Shown here in pieces: positions 12,401-23,000 of a stretch of DNA of 64,000 nt (positions are counted from its first letter, which is position 1; every line of letters begins with the position of its first letter). Source of the stretch: Botryllus schlosseri (taxonomy: Eukaryota); the NCBI GenBank assembly GCA_051294905.1, contig CM119385.1, positions 12,772,001 to 12,836,000 of the forward strand, written 5' to 3'. Under the pieces are notes generated by a model. The model did not search any database. It was not told where the DNA came from and saw only the letters and a program-made list of their open reading frames with translations. The translations under genes and the position numbers were made by a program.

Positions 12401-13450
12401 CGTTAGAGCCTGTGCAGTATTCAAGCGGCCAGGAAGTCGTTGTGCAAGGCCAACCAGGAAATGACTTTTTTATCATTGTGGAGGTATGGGACGCAGCCTG
12501 ATCTGTTTACGGTTATGCTAATGTCTCGTGAGTAATTAATTAATTGAACCCTTTGTCTACTGTGGGCCTTTTCAGGAATGTGACCCAGTTCACTGGAAAT
12601 CAAATATTTCTTTCATTTTTCAAGGAACATTTGTATAACACACTGTATAGCCCGGTATTCCTATGCTCAGGTTCAGTGCAGTATATATGATGCTCCATTG
12701 TGGTTGTATGTTGATTGCTGTTTTCATTCCTTCAGGGTACCGCCGCAGTCTTGCAACGTCGTTGTGAAACCGATGAATATACTGAAGTTGGAAATCTCGG
12801 ACCTTCGGATTATTTTGGTGAGTGAAGTTTTTCTGTGATACCTCGATATGTGTGGACTCTGAGAAATGACATGAACTTACAATGGTCCGAGCAGAAAATC
12901 TATACCTATCTCTCTCGCCCATTTATTAAAGAGAATTCTGCCATAATTATAGGTAGTGTTGTTATATAACGTGTCCTGGAAGCTCATTGCTGACCCCAGC
13001 ATCAGTTCGCATGGTCATTAAGTATTTATGATGTGATGTAACTTTCCTAATGCTCCCCCGGGGTGAGGATTCATGAAATCCGAGAACAATGCGATTCTCT
13101 CCCGCCATATGTGACGTTGTTTACCATGTGATTTTTGGTACAGATTATTGAATTGAATTTGTTGGTTCGACATTGTCATGTCTGTATTTACCTGGTGTTA
13201 TTAACAAAATAATAGTAATATGATACACGTGAAAATGGAATTTTTTGTTATTCGTTGTTTTTGATTTTTTTTAGGTGAAATCGCGCTTCTGTTAGATCGA
13301 CCGCGTGCTGCTACCGTGGTGGCCCGCTCGCCATTGCTGAAATGCGTCAAGTTGGACCGACCCCGATTTGAAAGGCTCTTGGGAGAGTGCTCTGAAATAT
13401 TAAAACGCAATATGCAGCAGTACAACAGCTTCGTGTCTATATCTGTTTAA
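6413..13450 (+). CDS. PRKAR1A: cAMP-dependent protein kinase type I regulatory subunit (375 aa, 8 coding exons)
   Basis: Exons 6413-6508, 10005-10070, 10713-10877, 11254-11454, 11516-11735, 12362-12483, 12736-12817, 13275-13450; all GT-AG, summing to 1128 nt in frame. Contains the D/D domain ([22 protein letters not shown]), the RI pseudosubstrate RRGAVSAEV, both phosphate-binding cassettes ([13 protein letters not shown]; [14 protein letters not shown]) and the C-terminus [17 protein letters not shown] at 13716. Confidence 0.97.
6934..8675. mobile_element. 1.74-kb non-autonomous DNA transposon with tandem-repeat TIRs and an internal minisatellite, in PRKAR1 intron
   Basis: Inverted ends built of 16-bp GAGAACCCGGCCCTTG units (6934-7003 vs ~8589-8675); perfect 8-bp TSD ATTCACCA at 6926-6933 and 8676-8683. 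Confidence 0.85.
7013..8215. repeat. Minisatellite of ~22-23-bp units CAACCCTAATATCCCACCTCCGG (roughly 50 copies)
   Basis: Directly visible tandem array with variant units; contains the telomere-like AACCCTAA core. Confidence 0.95.
9336..9478 (-). mobile_element. tRNA-derived SINE, 5' part
   Basis: The minus strand has an A-box-like TAGTGTAGTGG and B box GGTTCGAATCC, followed by the family core CTGGGCTCCTC. Confidence 0.6.
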
Positions 13451-14459
13451 TCATGTCTCGTGAATGGACTACCAATGAAATGATTAGGCGATCATGCTGT
13501 CCAAATATTATTATACGGTAGTGATCAAAGAAAACGTTATCTAGCCAGCACCCCCACTCTTTTTTTTCCTTCAACTATTGCATGTCTCTGTACCTAACCA
13601 CAAGTTATTTCCACTCAATGAAATTTGTTGCTAGCACTGAAACGTCTTCAGATTGCTCCGGCGGTATGGAGGCCGTTTTGTGCCCGAGTGGTGATGGTCT
13701 TGAAGGATATGTGTGAATAAAGGATTGTTGGATCTATTACTGTATCTGTTTCTCTGCTTATTTTGTTGTTATGGTGGGGCTGAGTGAGAGAATAAGAAAT
13801 AATATTAAGTTCTGCGATAGTCTGTTGCGTATACTGCAGGAAGAAAGGGTTGTGTTAACTCTCGGTCGAAGTGGGATCTCGTACCACTGGTCAATGTGAT
13901 AAAGTTCGCGGGATTTGGTTTGCCTATGCGGTACAGTAAGGTGACAGTCGTAAACTTGTAAGTGGACGAAAGCCGCAGAATGCAACTTCGTAATTGTCTA
14001 ACTGGTACGTGATGGTGCCCCCCTAAAAACTCATTATTTATAGAGTCAAGCATTTCGGCGTCGGTCATTACCGCGTCAAGACCACAGTTACCTCTAATTT
14101 TTGACGAGTCTGCGCACACTCACCAACTCACTGCGCAGACCCTTGCCCAAAAGTGCGTAACGACTGAAAAAATGTCATCACGTCCGATTTTCTGTGCGCA
14201 GAGACCGTGTCAGCACTGCGCACGTGCGCAGCTTGGAGGGAACATTGGTCACGACACAACAAGACGTTAACAATGACGTTTGGGCTAAGATGCGAATGCG
14301 AAGTGTGCTGTCAAAAAGCTCCGCGGCGAGGAAACCTTGACTCCCCATCCCCACAAAAACGCCTCATGTTAGTGGATTGCGGAAACCCATTTATAGATGT
14401 CGAATTTTCCCTCGTCCATACACGCCTAAATGGATGGCACGTAATAAACCTTGTCCTGG

Positions 14460-14800
14460 CAATCTCAGCCCCATGTACATGGACATGCTCGTCGAATGTC
14501 GGATAGCCGGCGGGATACTGTTCCACACGTCAGGTCCACGGACCATTTGATACAGCGATGATCTTTTCGGTCGATCACATGATAATAGGACGACGTGGAG
14601 GCGCGGGTGTCATACTTGTGTGCTTTCGATTCCGAGGTAAAGAAGTCATTTGAAATATTCAGGGCAATGACCGCAGTGGAACTGATACATAAACTTGGCG
14701 ATGTCTTGTTTCCGCATATCCTAAGTTTAGGACACCGAATCTCTTCAGCAGCATGTTGTATGGACAACCAGGTCACTTTCAGTCGTGTGCGTCACACGGA
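14460..14800 (-). mobile_element. Degenerate 3' end of a CR1/L2-like LINE ORF2 (same family as 3460-3790)
   Basis: Frameshifted minus translation LLKRFGVLNL..MRKQDIAKFMYQFHCGHCPEYF..NDFFTSESKAHKYDTR; nucleotide similarity to 3500-3650. Confidence 0.65.
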
Positions 14801-14942
14801 ATAAGTTCTTTAGATCTGGTGCGTTTCAGCGATTCCGAAATGTTTTGATTATATATACCAGACGGGAGATCACGAAATGACTGCACACAACAAAGTAATT
14901 GATAACCATAAGGTCCGCCCGAGACCCGAAGATGCATATTAG

Positions 14943-16278
14943 CAGGGCCGTAACAGCACATCGTCAGCCCCCCCCAAAACGTCGGTCTTGGGCCCCCCAT
15001 AGGGTGATAATTCTAACTTCTGGGGGGATACGCCCCCCAGACCCCCCACAGGCTATTCGCTGTTACAACCGCTACTGATCATCTCAATTATGTGTTCGTT
15101 GGGTGAGTCAGCTTTTCTCGCCTGAACGCGCGCAGCGCGAGAAATTTCTATAATTCATTACTGAATCGGTCAATATGATCTTGAATTGCATATAGGCTAT
15201 ATTGCTGTCAACTTTTATCCTCTCTCTGCTCACGTAATCTGATTTACCGGTAGAGTTGAGTGAGGTGTGTAAGAAAAGGTAGGACTCCTCAATAATAATT
15301 AAACCTCTCCCTCCGGGTGTATAGGCTACCCTTTGGCAGGAACGAAACAGCACTTCGTCCCCCCAAAAAAACTTTAGTCTTTGGCTCCCATTGGGTGATA
15401 AAGCAACCCCACCACGTTGTTCACTTTTTCCACGAAATTATGGTTGTATTGTTTAGTGAGCCAGCGCTAAGAGCGAAAATTTTCGATAATTCATCATGAA
15501 ATCGGGAATTGCATATATAGCTTACACTGCTATCATGCAACTTCTTGTCCTGTCTGCTCACGTAATCAGATTTGACGGTAGAGCTGCGAGTGAGGTGTCT
15601 TCGAAACTGTACAGCCCGTAAATAATAATTAAACATCTTCCAGCGGACTCGTTGGTATGACTTCGTTTCATGATGTTATTTCGTGACCTCCTGTCCGCTA
15701 TATCAAAAAATATAGAATCGCCAAAACGAACTAAACTAAAAGATCACACGATTTCAATTTGGTATTTCTTCACTGGCATATAATTTTTCCCTGCAGGATG
15801 GTATTTGTCTTGTGAGGTTGTGTGATTGCCAAGATAGGGACATTCTGCGCCAGTCATTTAGGCGCCTATCGACAATTAAACCTATATGTATTTTGTATAT
15901 ATAACGAAGTTTTCGGTCAGCATAAGGGCAGTCATTCTCGGCCAAGGTTATCTCGCTACCGATCGTTCAGGCACATCTTCTTGGAGTCGCATGTTACATG
16001 GCCTAAAACTTAATATGTCTTGGTGCGTCGTGGCGCGGTAATGGCCAACGCCGATATGCCCATTTTTATAAATCTTGCGTATTTTTTCTTGGGAAAGAGT
16101 ACTCACAATCAAAGTTTAGGCAACTTGAAATCGCGCAAAGCGCGAAAAATTTTTGAAAACGTTGCATAAATTTTCAAAAGATACTCGTAAAGTTATGGTA
16201 ATTCACGAAATAATTTTGGGCCCCCTTCGAGCTCACCCCCCCAATTGGGGGGTTTGGGGTGCGGCAGCTACGGCCCTG
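14943..16278. mobile_element. hAT MITE, 1336 bp
   Basis: TIR CAGGGCCGTA...TACGGCCCTG; TSD CATATTAG / CATACTAG (7/8). Inverted sister copy at 32977-34248; terminal fragments at ~16570-16676 and ~52515-52590. Confidence 0.85.
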
Positions 16279-16286
16279 CATACTAG

Positions 16287-16326
16287 CATAGCAATTTACA
16301 ACGTAGCTACGTTGTAAATTGCTATG
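16287..16326. repeat. 40-bp perfect spacerless palindrome
   Basis: CATAGCAATTTACAACGTAG|CTACGTTGTAAATTGCTATG, flanked by ATACTAG and ATATTAG. Confidence 0.9.
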
Positions 16327-17045
16327 ATATTAGTATTAATTACGGGCCATAAATTTTCAAATATACCAATACCATACCAACGGTAAATATGAGCACGTGG
16401 GTTAGTATAGTTAAAAAATCGACAGTAATTTATGCAATTCCCACTTTCATTTCGATTTCAACCATGTATTTCATTATTTTCGCGCTACACGTGAATAAAC
16501 AACAATAGTACAGCAACCACCGATAACAAGAACACTATCGTAGTGATATCGTAGGACACAAAGAGGAGTCTAGGGGGGGGCGATGCCCCCATGAGTTTGG
16601 TCTATAGCCCTAAGACTCTATGGGAGCCCAAGACCAGCGTTTGGGGAGGGGCTGACGAAGTGCTGTTACGGCCCCGAATATATCCCTGTACAAAATAAGC
16701 TGACTCACTCCAGAATCTTAAATGCTCATTCAATACTTGAACCGTAAAATAGCCTAGAATTATCACTGTGGGTTTTGTTGGGAAATATTAACACAATAAA
16801 AATATCCGGTCCAAAATCACAGCGCGGAGCCACGAGCCATATCAATAGAAGCATAGGCAAATTCGATACAGCGAAATCAAAGTTGTGAAACGGCGAATAT
16901 TTTGTCTGGAAATACCATGGTGAAGCAACGCTATAGTTGTATCAGCTGTACTGGACTGGATGCTTATTGCTCATCGCGTTAGTCAGGCAGTGTTAAGTCG
17001 TTGTTGTTCTCGAGAAGATCAATTTACAACTAAATATTAACGATA

Positions 17046-20000
17046 ATGGTAAGCCATTCATCATGACCTGGAAAGTGTTTTCATTCGATTCAGAGGCAGT
17101 TATCGTCTACGATTTGAGTTGGGTTCGATACCGTACATCCAGGTTTTGTTACTGTTTCTCGTTTATTTGAATTCCTCGTAGTGAAATTGCGTTATGGACC
17201 TATTTAGAGTTATTAATGAAATTATTTCATATAAACAAATTGTAATTACGGCATCACACTAATACACTACAAAAAAAATTAGACAAATTTGGTCTCAAAT
17301 TTAAGAAATGAGGATGATTTGGTCTCATTTTCAGCAATTTCAGTCTCACTGATGGTCTCATTTTACCCACTCACCATAAATGCTATTTTCGACTCAGACA
17401 ACCATATATATATTGATCTGAATAGCACATGTGAGTAGTAAGTGGCATGTACCTTGATAACTATATCTAGTGAATACCTTGTAAACTTAGTACAGGATCA
17501 TCTCAACACTGCAATTTCTGGTCTCTCTCATCCTGCCCCTCCTCCGTTCAGACCCCTAACACTGAAAAGGATGCCCCCAAGGCACTGCCACTATTTTCGA
17601 TCAATTTCTGGCTTACTTTTGAGACATAAAGTACTTGGTAAGACTAATTGGTCTTTAAGACTTATTGGTCTTTAAGACTTATTGGTCTTTAAGACTTATT
17701 GGTCTTTAAGACTTTTTTTTTGTAAAAAATCGATTTGAGACCAAATTTGTCTGATTTTTTTTTTGTAGTGTAGTTCCGTAGCTTACGTAACATTTCCGAA
17801 AACGGTACCATGACTGCCATCCATGCCATAATTTAGCAATTCGTGTTTATAGTCAACTGCAGTGTGATGTTGCACCTTTTGATATTTTGTTCATGTTTGG
17901 ATTTTTTTTCAAGCTGCTATCAAGACAGAAACCTGCAATTGGAGGTAATGGTCCTGCACAGGATAAAGAGAAGGTAAAACAGAAATTGCCGAAAGTTGAA
18001 GATCTACTTGAAAATCGCGATTACACTGGTGCAATTACTTTGCTTGAGGTAATTATCAAAACTAATTGATAATATGTATTGCTAATACAATGACACGTTA
18101 GTATTCAGTCCCTATAATAATAGAAGATCGTGTGATGTTTTGATATGATAAAATTATTAATATATTGCACTGAACTGACCAGTGCTAGCCGAGCCCACAA
18201 AATACTTATCGCCTATTGGTTTGTGGTTGAAACTTAACTTAAAGGTTACAGCTTAAGAGCTTAAATGTGTTGCTCTCTTCAATTGAGCAATATGTTAGTC
18301 ATATCATAACTATGATTGATAAAAAGAAACTGTGTGAATACATTGACCTTTTCAAACAGAAATATCGGATACTTTGGTTTTCAGCATCGATCTGAAGACA
18401 TTTAGTGGCATTTCGTTGCCACCGATATGTGTAATAAATAAATATTCTTTGTGGAAGTACCACCTAATCTGTAACTGAGATTAATGGTAGTCTCATAGAC
18501 CTGCATCAAACATAATGTTCAGCAATCTCTAAAGAATGAATTTACTTGTATCATGTATTCTTGATGTATAATTATGCTGTTTAAATTAGACAGACCGTGC
18601 CTTGTTATTTATGTTCTTAGCTATTTATATTTTTTATACATATAGTTTGAAAAACACACCGGCAAGGCAACGGACAGCACAGATTTATGGATCGCATATT
18701 GTTTTTTTCATTTGGGTCAATACAAGAAATGCTATGATGTAAGTACTCATCATTTACTGATTACTTCTAATGGCCATATTACAATGTATTACCTTTATAA
18801 TTTATCATGATAGGTATACCTGGCTTTAAGTCAACGAGGACCGCCAACTTCCAATCTATTGCTGAACTTGGGCTGCTGCTGCTTCTATCTTGGAATGTAC
18901 AAGGAGGCTCATGAGTATTGTAAAAAAGGTACCGTTTTAAAAGCTTAATTTTTCAATGCTGCGATATAGCATCAATCACTACCTTGCAGGGTTGTTACCA
19001 AGTCACAAGGCTCCGAGTCACAAGTCACTCTCACTTTTATAGTTTTGACTCGAGTCAAGTTGAGTCATTTTTAGTTCACCATCGAGTCAAGTCCGGGTCC
19101 AAGTCAGCGAGCAGATGGTCGAGTCCAAGTCATAGTATTATGACTCGAGTCCGAGTCCAAGTCATTGCGTTGACTGCTCATTTTTGTGTTAAATTCTTGT
19201 TAGAACCACTTTTTATAACTCTGTTTGGTGATATCGAATGGTTCGCATTTAAAATATACTAATTTTCCTCACTTTCAACAGTTTCTGGTCACATTTTTAA
19301 GTAGCCTACCAGTAACCTACCAATAGGCGAAATACCAATAGTGTGGTTACTTTTTCTATTCTTTGAAATTACAATGAATTGTCGGTCTTGGCCGTCTGAG
19401 ACTCGAGTCATATGACTTGGTCCGAGTCATGCGCAATGACTCGAGTCCAAGTCGAGTCATTACACAGATTGACTCGAGTCGATTCGAGTCATTTCTGTAT
19501 TTTGAGAAAATGACTCGAATCAAGTTAGAGTCATCCGAAAATCTTGTCAAATGAATCAAAAATTTCTCGACCTCCTGAGTTACGACTCTAATAGTACTGC
19601 ATGCATATTAAATGATTTGTTTCTAACAATTTTATATGCAATTTACAATCCTAGAAACTTATATTGTGCAAAATTATCTTTATGGAATCAAAATGCCTTG
19701 CTGAATTTGGCCGTGTTTAGCGCATACCTGTTTTGCATATTTTACTTGTATTATGTCAGGGATATCTAGATATCCCTGGTATTATGTATACATTATTTAT
19801 ACATGCGCAAAAGGCTTTAATGTGAAAAGCGTCACTATATCTTCTTTCGTTTTTTAACAATAATAATAATGATAATAGTCATTGGCGCTACAGGGGTCGT
19901 GAGCAAAAAACTCATGAGACATATCCAACAAATTCGGGGTAACGTTCGATTCGACATGATCCAAAAGATCACATTATTGGGCACTGTGCACATTCTTCGG

Positions 20001-23000
20001 AAGGCCTTGAATGCACCACTGGACTAAAATTACACTTGTGAATCACAGCATAATTTCTGTAATTACGATTCTTCATCTTCAATCATCTCTACCTCTGCTC
20101 TGTAAACCTTGCCAATTCTTCATCTGCTGCAATTCTGTAATCTGACTTCTCCATGTATTGCATAGGAATAACAATTTGAATGTATTACTGAAATTTTAAA
20201 AATTTACTCCAATCTCGTCATTTTCCTTTGGGGGCAGGTTGCTCCCCGGATTATGTGTGTATCTACCAGTTTTACTGTGAATAATGAATATAATAATAAT
20301 TTATACATGCATATTTCACATATGCTCGTATTTGGACAGTCTGCTTTAATTTTCAATTTATGTATTTCCAGCGGACAAGGGACCATTACAAAACAGACTG
20401 ATGTTCCATATTTCACACAAGGTATGTTGCTCGTCATGCATGATTCAGCTACTCAATTAAATTCTTTTGTCAAGTTATCACTTTCGTTTCTCGTTTGTTT
20501 TTTGTTTCCGTCGTGATTTCTGTTTTATGTTTGTTCCGTTGACTTCAGTTCAGCGATGAGAAAGCCGTCCTCACGTACCACCAACATCTCCAAGACAATT
20601 TTGAAGATCAGCTGAGTCTCGCGTCAATCCATTACATGCGATCACACTACCAAGAGGCTATCGATGTCTATAAAAGGCTTCTGTTAGAGAATAGGTTTGC
20701 ATTAATTTTGCATGATCATTTGATTTGATTTTATAATTTATTTTATTACTGTCGTCGAGGAATCTAAAATGGCGTTATTAGTTGTAAATAAGACATCCTC
20801 TTTCCGTGTAAACTCTCTCGAAGAGATGCTTCTGATTCATAAGAACTGTGTCAAATTCACCAGTTATATTTCTAATTCTGCTTTAGCCCCACCCACCAAA
20901 AATATAGAAAAGGTTATTTGTCATTTTTTTGTTTGTTTGAGATATGCATGGTGTTTTGTCGACTACTATGGTCATTTACACCAGGCCGATATTCTTCCTT
21001 TTTATTCCGCAACTGCCGACTTATAGCACGGCCCACTTCCAGGCTTTTTGTAAGACACCGCTTATGCGGATGAGGTGGCGAGGAGGAGCCTAGATAAACC
21101 TCCAACATTCAGGTATACGAATTCTGAAGTCGACCTTGGTCGGACTCGAACCCACAATCCATTGGTGTTGCAGTCGCGGATTATACCACTGCGCTATCTT
21201 GCCACTCATTTGTCATTTAATGACGTTGCTTGAGTTAATGTGTGTAATTTGGTACCCGGAATGCAGCGAAGTAAGTAATTTGAGCAAGTTATGAAGCACA
21301 GCTCATGGATAGTAGGCAGGTAGCAGACATGTTGAAGAATATGTGATTTTATCATGCGGACATTTGACAATGGTGTCTGAGATTGGTGGATTGTGGCTAG
21401 GACTGTTTATCAAATGTAAAATCTCAGGTATACATCTGTTCCAACCTACAGGTCATAGACAATATCAGGATTTGAAATACTGCGTTTGGATTAGATCGAC
21501 TCCGGGTATAGAAAGATATATTTCAGCACCAATGTACTCTGTCCATTTTTACTATGGTATGTGTGCCTGCTGTATCTAGCTGTAATTGATTAGACTTGAG
21601 GGAGGGACACTGGATAATGCAGTCATTTCGTGTCATATGCATTGAAATGTGAATGGATTGCTGTGATTCTCTGTTTTCATAATGAATGTTAAATCAATCT
21701 ACTGCGGAAAGAGTTTTGAAGTTTGTTCTGTGACAAAATGATCACTGATCAGTCTTGTGTGTAGAAACACAGTAATAGAATTAGTACTTTATGTGATAGT
21801 GACAGTTTCAACAGGCGCCGAATACATCAGTAAACCGTGATATCTCTTATTCAAGTTTGGAGATGAGTTCAATCTGCTCATGCACCATTCGAAATTTGAG
21901 GATTGTCTTTTCGACCAAATGTGCCTAGCCAGTTTGCATTACATGCGAGGACACTACAATGAGTCAGTGAAGATCTTCAAGCAACTGATGACAGACGATA
22001 CCAAAAGGTGAAGCGTTTCAGTCAGAAAGGCAGCGGCACATTTTTTACGTGCATCCTTATCGTCGATACATGTAATATATGTACATTGTACAAGGCTATG
22101 TTTTTGTGACTTGGGGATGAGTATATTCAATGTCCGTCAGTCAGTGATGTCATTATTATTATTGTTGCTACGGTGCTCATATTTATTCGTTAAGCTCTGT
22201 ATAGAATGACAAATGAAGTGAATCTTATTTGGATTCGAAGGAATATTATAACTGATGGGGAACTTGAATACGTAGATTACCGATTCCCTAATCTTGCAAT
22301 AATATTTTTTTCAGGGAATTTCTGGCGCTCAATGTCTACGTTGCGCTCTGCTATTACAAGTTGGACTACTATGATGTGTCCCAGGTCAGTATGTCAGAGG
22401 GTTGCCAAGTAACACTATTATGTACACCGGAGATGAAAGGGGGCCATTTCGAATGTAATCCACATCTTAATGCCTACCTCATATTGGAGGTTGATGTGTA
22501 AAAAGTAAATAGTTTGGCCTCAAAAAGTATCACAGTCGAAGTTGTCTAAAACATAAACACCTAATTATGTAGTGTAATTAGACAAAAACAACTTGGGTAC
22601 TCCTAAAATGGAGAAAACTACTTAGTTTCTGAACAACTCTGGTTCTCTGTTTGTTGTTTAGTAATCGTCTTGCTAGGCTGCTGTTAGGCTTAGGAGGTCA
22701 GATCGGTGTAGTTTTTGTGATCCTGTAGTTGTCTTTGGATTAAGTGTACCACCAGCACACTTTACTGTGTAGATCTGTGTGATCTGTTACCGTGTTGATC
22801 TCGAATGATATGTACTGAGAAATTTGTGGTACCGTTTTTGATTTTTACTTTTAGGAAGTTCTCGCCGTTTACCTCCAGCATTTCCCAGACAGCGCGATCG
22901 CTCTCAATCTAAAGGCATGCAACCACTTCCGACTCTATAACGGTAAAGCCGCAGAGGCCGAACTCAGACACTTGCAAGAGATTGCATCGCCGAGCTTCAC

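Noticed and set aside
19655-19740. Possible decayed duplicate of IFT56 exon 4 ([13 protein letters not shown] vs [13 protein letters not shown])
   Set aside because: The similarity is short, the acceptor phase does not match exon 4, and no donor follows; chance cannot be excluded.
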